From the NCBI RefSeq assembly GCF_009914755.1, contig NC_060946.1: a DNA stretch of 64,000 nucleotides; one strand, written 5' to 3'. The notes under the pieces are model-generated. The model did no database searches, was not told the origin of the DNA, and saw only the letters and a program-made list of their open reading frames with translations. This DNA is from the human T2T-CHM13v2.0 reference genome, Homo sapiens. The stretch's first letter is position 1. Every line of letters begins with the position of its first letter. The translations under genes and the position numbers were made by a program. This document shows, one piece after another, positions 38,615-59,338 of this stretch.

Positions 38615-38755
38615 CTAAACAGGTGAGAAACGATCCAAGGAGCCACACCCCCAACTGCTCCCACAGTTACCAGGGCAGAAAAAACTGAGATTAGGGGTAG
38701 GGCACAAAGGAGAATATATTTATGTTTTATTTGCATAATTACAAATTAATGTTAA

Positions 38756-39900
<1,145 letters not shown>

Positions 39901-40950
39901 TTCTGTCTTTATGTCAAAAAACAATTTTTTTTTCTTTTCTTATTACTTAAGGCTTTAAGTTGGATTTGAAAGTATCATATTTCGTGAGGGCCTAAAGTAC
40001 TGTGAAGAGAATCGGGAGGGCAGGGGGCTGAGGAGGAAGGCAAAAGGGAGGCGATTTCCCCCAGAACTGGACAGAGAGCACCCAGGTAGTTTTGAAATTC
40101 AGATTTTTCTGGACATGAAATCAAACTTGCTGAGCAAGCAGCAGCCATAATGAGCCATGATGAGGCTGGCAGGGCAGACGATGTCTGTGCCCGACATTGG
40201 AGGGGGCCGTGTGTGGTGGAGCTTTGGGGAAGTTTATCTTACCTGGGTCAGATTCTCCCCAGCCATTGAGGTTTTCTGCCAGGATCGATGCCTGGTACAG
40301 GCCAAGAGGTGAGAGAGGTGGGGACAAGACACCCCGCCCCCCTTGACCTCAGCTCCCCTTTCACTTTAGTGAGGATTTGCCAATTAATCCCTATGGACTT
40401 TAGTTCCCTAAACAGAGGGAGAGAGTCTTGAACCTCAGGATTAGCCAATCGCCAAAATGTGTCCGAGTACGCAGGGCACTGGACAGGCTGTGCAGTACAT
40501 CGTGTACTCAGCTGGTAGAAATGAGGGGTGGTTCTGGCCCCTAAAGGGGTTTTTAATCTCAGCAGGATCATAATCTAATTTCTCCTCCATTGGACCATCA
40601 ATCTGTTGAGGTAGGAACAGTATTTTACATCTCGTAATCCTGCATGTTGTTGCCTGGCACATTGTAGTTGCCTCGTAGATGTTGAATGAATGAATAATTG
40701 AAATAGCATGAAAAAGATATTAAAAAGTCAAAAGAGCATGAACAAATACTCAATTAATATAGTGGAAGCCATTTTCTCTGAATGAGCACAGGTAGGGGAA
40801 TTACCAGGGCCAAATGGAATTTGTTAAAATGGTGAATAATTTATTGAAGCAAGCTCTGTTGGAAGGTCTAAGTAATTGGGCGAACTTTGGCAAACCAAGT
40901 TCCCTTGCTTAGCCTCACTTTCCTTTTCTTTTTTCTTTTTTTTTTTGTGA

Positions 40951-41118
<168 letters not shown>

Positions 41119-42148
41119 TAGTAGAGACAGGGTTTCACCATGTTGGCCAGGATAGTCTCGATCTCTTGACCTCGTGATCCTCCCACCTCGGCCTCCCAGA
41201 GTGCTGGGATTACAGGTGTGAGCCACTGCACCTGGCCCCTTTTCTTTATAGTTTTATGTTTAGGTTTAAATCCATGATCCATTTTGCATTAATATTTGTA
41301 TACAGTGTGAGATTTAGGTTAAGTTTCTTTTAATTCTCTGTTCTTCCCCCCACCCTCCAGATGTCCTTTTGTTTCAGCATCATTTGCTGAAAAAAAGATT
41401 CTTCCTCCACAGAATTGGATCTTCTTTAAATCAAAGGGGTTGGAAGATGTCTGTGCTCCCTTCCAGCTTTAGGAATCTATTGAACCCATTTATGTTAACG
41501 TACACTTCTTTTGAGTAAAGCCATTCTTAACAACATGCATGTGTAAGGAAGGTAATATAGTTACATTTCAGAATCCAGCTATTGGATAGTGTTCACCTGA
41601 TAGAAAAGGGATTTTCTTGTAAAAAACGGTTTTTGAAGATTGAGAAAGATGGGTAGAGAGCCTTCATAAATCAACTATGATTATATTTGGGAAAATGTAA
41701 TAAAACTTTGGCTTTTGCTTCACTTGGAATGGTTAAAAAAGTGGTTTAGGCCTTAGTAAACTAAACAGCAGCTGGCTAATCTTTATGTGAATCTTGGACT
41801 CACACATAGTAGGGGTAAAATAGGAAGTAATTGTGCCACCATATAAAATAGGGCAATTGAAGGCGTGGTGTGGTGTCTCATATGTGTAATCCCAAAACTT
41901 TGAGAGGCCAAGAGTTCGAGGCCAGTCTGGGCAACATAGTGAGACCTCCCCCTCCACCCGCCCGCCCAACTCTACAAAAATAAAAAATTTTTAAAAATTA
42001 GCAGGGCATGGTGGTGCATGCATATAGTCTCAGCTACTTGGAAGGCTGAGATAGGAGGATCACTTGAGCCCAGAAGTTTGAGGTTGCAATGAGCTGTGAT
42101 TATGCCAGCCTAGGTGACAGATCATGCCACCGCACTTTACTCTGTCTC

Positions 42149-42182
<34 letters not shown>

Positions 42183-42344
42183 TGAATACACAACAACAAA
42201 AAAAATAGGGCAATTGAGATATAGGTCAAGAGGTAAGCCTAGAGTGAATCTTTACCAGAAAGAGCATAGAAATATTGCCTCTTTCTCAAGAAGATCATAA
42301 TCCTTGTCACAAAGTAGACATATCAAATGTAAGAGTGAGGGTCA

Positions 42345-42506
<162 letters not shown>

Positions 42507-42513
42507 CTACTTA

Positions 42514-42618
<105 letters not shown>

Positions 42619-42953
42619 TCAAAAACAGAAGAGGGAATGGTATTGATGAACTGTGAAGTTTCAAATATGTGTGGATCTAATTTGCAAACAAATATATAAG
42701 AGAATGACATTGCAAAGTTAGCTTTCAGTTCTTAAAATCCATAGTTATGAAATCTCTTCTAGGTTTTTAGATAATGAGCCTGAACAAAGGGATAACACAT
42801 AGAAAAAATCAGACCTATTCTCTGAGAATGCATGCTCTCTAGAGTCATACCTCCTGTGAACTTGTGAGCTTTTAAAATTAAGCAGGGTTTGTACTTAAAT
42901 AGAAGACCTCCACAAAACACCTGCTCAAAGGGAAAACAGTAGCAACAGAATAA

Positions 42954-43163
<210 letters not shown>

Positions 43164-43475
43164 TGAAAAAATAATTTAGATCTTTTTGCCTTCCTGAAGC
43201 AAGCTCATGCTAGAACACTAGAAAGAGACCCTCCCATGTTTAGAAATAAGTAGGCAAGCCGAAGAACTAAGGAGGCCCTGGTAGTACATCATATTAGATA
43301 GAATGAAAGCAAAGGAGAATTTCATTTTGGAGAGTCAGTCTGGAAAAACTTTTAAATTGTGAGCCAGACTTGTTGAGTTTTAGTCTCAGTTCTGTTACTG
43401 AGTGGCTGACTAATCCCGGGTAAGTCTAGATTTTGAATTCCCCATCTAGAAAATTAGATATTTGGACTAAATTAC

Positions 43476-43858
43476 TGTCTTAGTCCAGTTTGTACTGCTG
43501 TAACAATACCTGAGGCTGGGTAACTAAAAAGAGCAGACATGTATTGGCTTATGATTCTGGAGGCTGGGAAGTCCAAGAACAAGGATATGCATCTTGTAAG
43601 GACCTTCTTGCTGTGTCATAACATGGAGGAAGGCATCACCTGGTAAGACAGAGAGAGCAAGGAGAGAGAGAGTGAGTGTGCCAAACTTGCTTTTATAACA
43701 AATCCACTCTCCTGATAATGAACCTGCTCCTGGGGTAACAATATTAATCCATTCATGAAGGCACCTAATCACCTCTTAAAGGCCCCAACTCTCAACACTT
43801 GCATTGAGGATTAAGCTTCCAAAATATGAACTTTGGGATACACATTCAAACCATAGCA
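43476..43858 (-). mobile_element. MaLR solo LTR (MST-like)
   Basis: tgtcttagtccagtttgtactgctgtaacaatacctgaggctgggtaac...cattcaaaccatagca. Confidence 0.75.
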
Positions 43859-44279
43859 ATGATATTTAAAGTTTCTTCTACCTTTAAAATTTTGTGGTAT
43901 TTTTCTAGACTCTTAATTATTCCTTGTTCCTATAGTTCTTCTCTGTTGACTCAGCAAATATTTAGTTAGTTAAGTTAGGTTTTTAATTTTTTTTATTTTT
44001 TACTTATTTATTTATTTTTAAAGTAGAGACAGGGCTTCACCATGTTGGCCAGGCTGGTCTTGAACTGCTGACCTCAAGTGATCCATCCCACCGTGACCTC
44101 CCAAAATACTGAGATTACAGGTGTGAGCCACCATGCCCAGCCTCAGCAAATATTTATTGAGTACCTATTTAGTTCCAGTACTGTGATGATGCTGAGAGTT
44201 CAAGAATGAGCTAAACGGCCAGGCGTGGTGGCTCACGCCTGTAATCCCAGCAATTTGGGAGGCCGAGGCGGGCGGATCA

Positions 44280-44569
<290 letters not shown>

Positions 44570-45323
44570 TCAGAATAGGCAATTTCATAAAGATGAAAGG
44601 TAGGTTAGTGGTTTCCAGCGGCTGGGGAAAGGAGAGAATAGGAGTGACTGCTAATAGGCATGGGATTTCTTTTAGGGGTGATGAAAATGTTCTGGAATTG
44701 ATAGTGTTTGCATTATTTTGTGAATACACTAAATTGATGGTTTATACTATATTAAACAGATGGTTGCAGAATTTTGTGAATATACTAAAACCCACTGAAT
44801 TATACCTATTAAAAAAACTTTAAAGGCTGGGTGCAGTGGCTCATGCCTGTAATCCCAGCACTTTGGGAGGCCAAAGTGGGCAGATCACTTGAGGTCAGGG
44901 GTTCTAGACCAGCCTGGCCAACATGGCTAAACCCCATCTCTACTAAAAATACAAAAATTAGCTGGATGTGGTGGCACACACCTGTAATCCCAGCTACTCA
45001 GGACGCTGAGGCAGGAGAATGGCTTGAACCCTGGAAACAGAGGTTGCAGTAAGCTGATATTATACCACTGCACTTCACCTGGGTGACACAGTGAGAGTCC
45101 TTTTCAATAAATAAATAAATAAAACTTTAAAATATAAAGAATGAGCTAGACTGACACAACAGCTAGACACAATTTTGCTCTCATGTTAGCTCACAGTAGG
45201 TCAGGGGATACTTAAAGACAACTATGGTACAGTATATATTGCAAAGGGCACATAACCCAGACTTCGTAATAGTGGTAGTGGGAATTAGGAAGTCATCCCT
45301 TAAGGAAATTTTACTAAGCCATA

Positions 45324-45702
45324 TGATATGGTTTGGATTTATGTCTCCACCCAAATCTCATGTCAAATTGTAATCCCCAGTGTTGGAGGAGGGCCCTGGT
45401 GGGGGTTGACTGGATCATGGGGGTAGATTTCCCACTTGCTGTTCTTGTAATTATGAGTTCTCATGAGATCTGGTTGTTTAAAAGTGTGTAGCACCTCCCC
45501 TTTCCCTCTCTTCCTCCTTCTCTGGCCGTGTAAAACATGCCTCCTTCTCCTTCCCCTTCTGCCATGGTTGTAAGTTTCCTGAGGTCTCCCCAGCTATGCT
45601 TCCTGTGTAGCCTGCATAACTGTAAGTCATTTAAACCCCTTTCTTTATAAATTACCCAGTCTTAGGTAGTTCTTTATAGCAATGCAAGAATGGACTAATA
45701 CA
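45324..45702 (+). mobile_element. MaLR solo LTR (MSTA-like)
   Basis: TG...CA ends with 5-bp TSD CCATA at 45319-45323 and 45703-45707. Confidence 0.9.
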
Positions 45703-46136
45703 CCATATCTATGAGATGAGTAGGAATTGGGAATGGAGGAGGATGTTTCAGGCAGAAGGAATATTGCAAAATCCTGAGAGCTAGAAGGAATATAGTCCTT
45801 TGGGGTAAAGAAGGTAAGAATAGCTGGTAAATAAAAGTATAAGGGAAAATAGAGCTGAGGCTAGGGAGGCATGAGTCAAATCTTGAAGCCATGGTAAGAG
45901 TTTTAGATTTTATCCTGAGAGTAGTGGGGAGCCATTGAAGTATTTCAATCTGGGAAAATGCATAGTCGAGTTTGTAATTTAAAAACTCTGGCTGCAATAT
46001 ACAGAACAGACTGGAGAAGGAGAATACCAGTGACAGGAAATTGGTGGTTGCAGCAGTACAGGCAAAAGATGAGACTGGTTGATTTAAAGTAGAGATGACA
46101 ACAACCTGGCTAAAGTGAGGAGTTGGACACATTTGA

Positions 46137-46325
<189 letters not shown>

Positions 46326-46855
46326 TAGTAGAGATGGGGTTTCTCCATGTTGGTCAAGCATGTGCCACCACGCCCAGCTAATTTTGTATTTTCAGTAGAG
46401 ATGGGGTTTCTCCATGTTGGTCAGGCTGGTCTTGAACTCCTGACCTCAGGTGATCCGCCCACCTCAGCCTCCCAAAGTCCTGGGATTACAGGCGTGAGCC
46501 ACTGCGCCTGGCCTACATTTGAGAAATATTAAGGTGATGGAACATGGGAACGAGGAAGGGATTAAGGTTGAGTCACAGATTTTGTGCTTGAGCAACTAGG
46601 TATGTGATGATGTCATTCACTGAGCGAGGGAACAGAAGTAAGTTTTTGGGGAAAATAATTCACATTCAAATGTGTTGAGAACATCAAGGTGGAACAGTCT
46701 TATGATCAGTTAGAAGAACAAGTCAGCAACTTCTGAGAGAGACCTGGGTTGGGGATATACACATAAGAATCAATAAGATAGAAGTTATACTTGAAACAAT
46801 GGGAGTGTATTTGTTCATCCAGGGAGTGTGTGGTAGAAGTAAAAAAGAAGAGCTC

Positions 46856-47212
46856 TGTTTTAGTCTGTTCTTGCATTGCTATAAAGAAATTTCTGAGACT
46901 GGGTAATTTATAAAGAAAAGAGGTTTAATTGGCTCACAGTTCCACAGGCTGTACAGAAAGCATGGTAGCATCTGCCTGACTTTTGAGGAGGCCTCAGGAA
47001 ACTTACAATTATGGCAGAAGACAAAGGAGAAGCAGGCACATCTTACATGGCCAAAGCAGGAGAGAGAGAGAGAGGAAAAAAAAAAAGGTTCTACACACCT
47101 TTAAACAACCAGATCTTGCAATAACTCACTCACTTACTATTGCAAGAACTGCACTGAGGGTATAGTGCTAAACCATTCATGAGAAACTGCCCAGATGATC
47201 CAGTTATCTCCT
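46856..47212 (-). mobile_element. Partial MSTA-like LTR
   Basis: tgttttagtctgttcttgcattgctataaagaaatttctgagactgggtaatttataaagaaaagagg. Confidence 0.8.
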
Positions 47213-47314
47213 ACTGTGCCTGGCCATGCCAGCTGCTAGGTAACTGAGTCAGAATTTGAACTTAGGTTCCTTAACTCTAAAGGCTCTTTCTACTAGATTA
47301 TACTGCTGGTTATT

Positions 47315-47672
47315 TCTCTCTCTCTCTCTATATATATACATATATATATACACACACATACATATATACATATACAGATCTGTATATGTGTATACACACG
47401 TACACACGTATACATATACACACACGTACACACGTGTACATATACACACACGTACACACGTGTACATATACACACACGTACACATGTGTACATATACACA
47501 TATGTATACACGTATACCTATGTATACATATATACATATATACCTATGTATACATATATACATATATACACATATATACATATATACACACATATATACA
47601 TATACACACATATATACATATATACACACATATATACATACATATATATACACATATATACATATATGTATA
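47315..47672. repeat. Compound (CT)n-(TA/CA/CG)n purine-pyrimidine microsatellite
   Basis: About 350 bp of almost unbroken RY alternation with units such as tatacacacacgtacacacgtgtaca and tacatatatacaca. Confidence 0.95.
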
Positions 47673-48643
47673 AAATTTAATTTTACTTTTATAAATGTCA
47701 ATTCCTAAGGAATTTACCAAATGCTAATATTAACCTGCTTGAATCCTTTCTCAATAGCAAGTGTCCTGAATGCCTCAGAGTTTTCAATGGTAATATTAAT
47801 TTAATCTAGGCCATCCATACATTGCAAAAATATGGATGTAGTAATGCCTTGTGTTCTAATTGGCTGATGCTATTTTCAGAGCTTGATTCCCTAGAAATGA
47901 CATCAGAATGTCTATGATCATAGAGAAATTTTTAAAACCCTACTAATTTAGAAAACTATTTAGTTTTATTAAGTAAGTTTTAATAAGTAAGTTTTATTAG
48001 TTTTATTAATTTTATTAATTAAAAAAGTTAATTTAAAAATTAATTTAAAAATTAAAAAGTAAGTTTTATTAAGTTTTATTAGTTTTATTAATATTAGTAT
48101 TCTATACTAATATAGAAAACTATTCTAGAAAATCATGATTTCTCTTATTTATTGTGTCTAAGACTAATAACTACCCCAGTAGTGGGTAGTGTATTATGGT
48201 TTAATGGGCTGGGACTAGATCTTAAACTCTTAGAGCTACTTTGTTTCCCATTTTATTTTTTGAAATTTAAGGGGGACAACTGATGTATTAGATATGAAGG
48301 TTATAGTCTCAAATCAAGTAAAGATAGCTTGGAATCTTTAAGGGTTAAAGAACTATTGGTGGTTTTCAGTCTCATATATAAAATATTGTAAAAGAGTGTC
48401 CCCTAGTGCCCCTCTGAAGAAATAATTTGAAAGAAATTTAATATTACCACCTATTTATAATCTCTATCACCACCTTGTGGCAGTGTTCGCAAATAATTCT
48501 GCCCTCTTGGGAAAAATCTTCAAGAATCTTGCATTAATGGATACACAAAAACCGGTCACAGGCTATCCTTGGTGATCCAGAATGGAATATCTTTAAAGAA
48601 GTTATTTTACAAGTATTTTGGTCAGAACTTCATAAAACCTTGA

Positions 48644-48924
<281 letters not shown>

Positions 48925-49059
48925 TGATCTCCTGACCTCGTGATCCACCCGCCTTGGCCTCCCAAAGTCCTGGGATTACAGGCATGAGCCACCATGCCCG
49001 GCTGCTTCTTTTTTATATCAACAAAACAATAAGGGTGAAAACTAGATGTATTTTAAATA

Positions 49060-52680
<3,621 letters not shown>

Positions 52681-53305
52681 AACTTCTGAGTTGAATTTGC
52701 AAATAAGTTACAACTGAAGTTAGTTCAAGAAATGTTTTTGAGCCTTTGCTATATTGTTACACTCTGAGGGAATAACAAGGATTAATAATATATATTGAGT
52801 CTCTAGGTGATTTACAATGTATTTTCTCCTCTGAATATATTTTTGAACAAATAAATAATCTTATAATTTTCATTGAGTGGGTGGAAAAATTCATCCAGAG
52901 ACCTTATGCCAAAATTATAGATAAAAATGTTTATTAAACTTATTTCCCAATGAGTATGGTCAAATTTTAATTATATAGTTCTCCTTTGGAAAATTAACAA
53001 TAGGTACTTTTTTCAACTCAAATTCATTTTATCGTTTAGATAGAGCCTGATAGAATTATCTTAGCATTCATTCTTCCTTTGCTCTTCAAAATGTAGCTTG
53101 GTAAATTTCTCTCTGAACTGAACAATCTTGAAAACAGTTTATACTTAACTGTCTTTGATTTTAATTTTTTGTTTGCTTTTAGACTTTTTCAGTTTCATTT
53201 TTGGGCAGAGTAAGAGAGGAAGCATTATATTTGGCAAGGTCTCTAATTAATTAATTATTTTTTAATAGGTTGGACTTGTTGAAATAATCCTGATACATTC
53301 CTACA

Positions 53306-53356
53306 ATGGCCACTGCTCAGCTTTCTCACTGCATCACAATACACAAGGCTTCTAAG
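53306..53356 (+). CDS. HORMAD2: HORMAD2 exon 2 coding part (exon 53269-53356), MATAQLSHCITIHKASK
   Basis: AG at 53267-53268, in-frame upstream TGA at 53291, Kozak ACAATGG, donor AAG/GTATTT, phase 0. Confidence 0.95.
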
Positions 53357-54184
53357 GTATTTGTTAAGAATTAAAAGAAAATCAATGACCATTTAGTGAG
53401 TTAGTTCAGAATTATGATTTTAATCTTTTGTGTGTGTGTTTTTAAGCAGCAGTTTTATCAGTTAATTGGCACATAATATTCTGGGAGAGTATGTGTACAT
53501 TTTAACTGCCTAATAGACCAAGGACCAGAAAATTAAAATAAATTTCTACAAAGTTACTTACTGGGTGCTTGTTTCATGTTTATGTAATATATTTAGGTCT
53601 TCTAGAGTAAAAGAAATCAGAAACAAAAAGATGTTTAAAGAGAATGGTTCTTGGTTAGACATTCACTTCCTAAAGTGTTAGGAAACTTGTGTTGCACACC
53701 ATGGTGTAATTATAAGAACAGAAGGGGAGAGCACTGAGAGAAACTTGGATGCTAGGAGGTCTAGGGGAGCATCCCAGGGCCAGGCATATAGTTTAGTTTG
53801 TCTCATGACATTCATTAATGCATCCTTTGTTTATTCATTGAGACTAAATATTATGTAGTATAATATTCATTATACTGTGTAACTCACTGATAAAATACAA
53901 AAATATGATCTTCATCTTCCAAAAGTTTATAATCTGGTTAGGAGTTAAGTCAATATACAAAGCGATATATGATTTATATATATGTGAAAAAGAGTAAGAC
54001 AATGCAAATTATAGGGATTTATTTAGAGATTTCATGTGGACTGGAATGGTTTGTATATTCCTCATGAAAGAGGTAAGACTGAAGGTGGACAGACCTTGAA
54101 TGATGAAGATAATTTGCGTAGAGGGGAGAGAATTCCCTGAGGAAAACCCAGCATATGCCTTGGCTCAGAATAAGAAATAAGATG

Positions 54185-54875
54185 GGCTGATTACAAAATT
54201 GGCTGACTGGTTTTGGACTGCCTTGCAGTGAAATGCATGGTAAAAGCATTGCACTGTCTTTTCCTATAACATCTCTCTCTTTTTCTGGGGATCCAGGATC
54301 TAGTATAAAAATGAGACCCTTAATTTTGGGGATCTGTTTATACCTTCCATCTGTGCCTGTTTATTAGGCCCTAGAAACTACATGCTTTCCTGGGCCTGTT
54401 TTTCCAAGGACTCCACCCTGAAGCCAGTAATCCAATTAAGAAACTTAAAAACTGGCAATCGAAAAATCTTACAACTACTGGGTCTTCTTCTGTCTGTGTA
54501 TTTATATGTGTTGCATGTATGGTGTTTACATAAAAGAGTGTTAATTAATTGGCTTAAAGAAAAATAAACACTTAAATCAAATATTTTGTCAGAAAAATTA
54601 AAACTTTAGTGCCTTTTAGTTTACATGACTTTAATAATCTTTGGAAAATACAGATTATTGGTAAAATGAAAATATCTTCAAAATTTAGGCACTTGATTTA
54701 GGTCAGATATTAGGTTTGCTAAAGGCTTTAATGTCATAAAATGCTTCTTTGATTTTTAAAAATTGTTCAGCTTACCTGCTTTGGAGCCATTAGAGTCTAG
54801 GTAAAGCCTAGGGACATGTGGAGTTAGCCATGTCCCCTGGCTATGCTGGGAAAAGTCAGACTTTATCTGCACTCC
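54185..54875 (+). mobile_element. ERV1 (MER4-group) internal-sequence fragment
   Basis: ggggatccaggatctagtataaaaatgagacccttaattttggggatctg...gggacatgtggagttagccatgtcccctggctatgctggg resembles MER4-group internal sequence. Confidence 0.55.
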
Positions 54876-55099
54876 GCCTTCAAAGATTATATTAACTGGT
54901 AATAAGTATTATCCTTGTAGTATGAATTAAGAGTGATACAGAATGTAAGCCACACGAGGGAGAGGATTTTTATATGTTTTGCTCACTACTATGTCTCAGA
55001 ACCTAAAACAGTACCTAGAATGTAGTAAGATTAAATGCATATTTGGATTAAGATTTTCATACTTTGGAAATGGGAAAAAGAGCATGCCTGGCTGAAAGA

Positions 55100-56380
<1,281 letters not shown>

Positions 56381-58204
56381 TGCTTTAAAATTATAATGTA
56401 TTGACACAACACCGGCTGGAATTCATGAGACATATTTTGTGCTTGGCTTAAAGAAAACAGCAAAAAGCAGCCTCACAGAATAATTATGACAAACAGATCA
56501 AATTTTTATTTTTATGTTAATACATAAACACAGTAAACATTGTGTATACAATAAACATAGTATGTCAAACATATGTTGAAATGATAATTTGAGATACCGG
56601 CACAACCCATCCATCAGCAAATATTCTACTCTTGGTAGACACCCCTTACATACTGAAGCAAAAGTCACAAATTCATATATCAGTCGCTCTCTTATCACAT
56701 TCCTTTTATGGCACACTATTTCTTAAGGAAGACTATCTAATCATTTAAGAACAATGATTTAAGTTTGTTTACTATGTTGTATATATATACACACATAAAA
56801 TTTAGCAGGAAGCTATTCCTAGTATTGATACTTTTTACAGAACACTATGTGACATCTTACAGAAGCTTTGTGTTCCTCAGACCTCTGGCTTAAGCAAAGC
56901 ACAAAAGTATGGAAAAACATGGCAGTAGAATAGTAGATGAATAGCCACAATTCCACATAGCTAGACAGCAGAGTGCATGGGAGAGAATAAGGGAGTGTGG
57001 GCAGGGAGGAAGGGGTGCAAGATGAGGCAGGAGAGCTAAACAAGAATAAGATTTTGACAGTTCTGAAATCCCACTCTAAGGTACTTGAACTCTCTCCTGG
57101 ATGAACACTGGCAGTATCATGATAAGATTTGTATCCTTGAAAATTAATTCTGATGGCAATATGGAAGACAGGTTGAATGAAAGAATCGTTAGCAAAGAGA
57201 TAAGGGGCTACTGCAGTAATCAAGGAGAGAATTGAGTATGTCCTCAGTCAAGCCAGTGGCAGTGAGCAGGGAAAGGAGAAAGTAGATTTGAGAACTCTTT
57301 TAGAGAGAATTAATAGAATTTAGTGGGGTATGAAGGAGAGAGAAGACAAAGATGAAGCTGCTTCTAGCCTGGATGACTGGAGTAGTGCTGATTCACTAGT
57401 CTGAGAATGAGACTTGGGATCAGGTTTTAGCCAGGGGTGGCAGAGATAAACTGAGTTTAAGGGATCTACAAAGTGGTTTAGGTGCAGATGTTCAGGAAAT
57501 AAAAATATAGAACTGGGACTCAGAACAGAAATAGGGACCTGAATTCCTTTTTGTATAGGCTGTAGCTGAAGCTATGAAACTAGATGAGATTATTCAAGAA
57601 GACAGCTATAAAAGAGAAAAAGCCTGAAGACAGAATCCTGGGGGATAACCAATATTTAAAGAGTAGAACAACTGGAAAAAATAAAAGAGACTGAGACAGA
57701 TATGTACGGATAGGTGAAAAAACAAAGTAGTGTTATGGCACCTTGGAGAGGAAAAGAGAGTATGTGGGTAACAGTGTCAGATAATATAAAGAAGTTACAT
57801 ATTATGAGGAATGAGAAGAGGTCAACTATAGGATTGTACTTGGTGACTTTGGAGAGAATAGTTTAGAAAGGAAAGGAGGAAAATCCAGATTGCAGCGGGG
57901 TCTGAGGAGTGTATGAGAGGGAAGAAGATTATATAATCATAGTAAAACTCCAGTTTCATGGATCATTGTGAAATAAATTGTTTTAGTCTTGAATTACTTG
58001 GGTAATTGTTTCTGCCTTCTGCTCTGCCTTGCCTATGAAGATCTAATTTAATGTAATATTCAAAGCGCTATTTCTTTTTGATTACCTTCAAAGATATCAA
58101 ATTTGAAGTCCTGAGAAATCTTTTCATCATATATGTGGTAATGATGTGCTAAACTGAATATATTAAATAATACTAATCTTTTTTCACCTCCGTTGTTTTT
58201 CCAG

Positions 58205-58346
58205 GAAACAGTTTTCCCATCCCAAATCACTAATGAGCATGAGTCATTGAAAATGGTGAAGAAACTTTTTGCTACTTCCATCTCATGTATAACATACCTA
58301 AGGGGCCTGTTTCCAGAGAGCTCTTATGGAGAACGCCATTTGGATG
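58205..58346 (+). CDS. HORMAD2: HORMAD2 exon 3 (142 nt), [47 protein letters not shown]
   Basis: Acceptor gttgtttttcCAG, donor ATG/GTAAAG; HORMA motif [14 protein letters not shown]. Confidence 0.97.
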
Positions 58347-58896
58347 GTAAAGTTAAACTAACTAGTCTCTTTGGCTGTTGTAGCCCCTTTCTCTATTTAG
58401 CAGGAATAAACCTTTCACGTCTCACAAAGTGTGCTAATTCCAACTTAAGGGCCTGTTCTTCAAGACCAATTTGCTAATCCATTTTCCATTTTAATTTTAC
58501 TGTGTGTAGTGATTTTACTTATAGGAATTACTAGTTCCTAGCTAGACGCCAGGTGACAGATGGAAGAAAAAAGAAATGTTTGGACAAGTCCAGTATAAAA
58601 GCAACAGCTAGATCAAAATCTATTTGAATGCTGTAGATTTGCGCTACGTTGTGCCTCAATTGAATTTATTCTTTAAGGTACACTTTAGCATTGAGGAAGT
58701 TCAAAGGAACCAGGTGAAAAACTTTTCTCCCTGTTAACGTATATAAAAATACTGGGGATAAAAAAGCCAAACTCACTTGTTGATTAACATGGATATTAAA
58801 ATAATTATTATTCTAATCAGTTCTGGCTTTTTTCTCAATTGCCAGGTCTTCTACTTTCATTCCTTTTGTTTCAGTGCTCTTAAACTTATCATCTTA

Positions 58897-59238
<342 letters not shown>

Positions 59239-59338
59239 TCAGAAAAACAAACAAAAACAAAAACAAAAACAAAAAACCCAAGTACCTAGGACTCAACAAG
59301 TTTTCAAAAATCTTATTTGTTTAAAAAGCTGGATTGTG

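Noticed and set aside
47249-47708. Several 60-150 aa Y/I/H/T/V/C-rich ORFs on both strands
   Set aside because: Microsatellite without stop codons
47960-48125. Repeated taagttttattagttttattaa motifs
   Set aside because: AT-rich low-complexity slippage with no further structure
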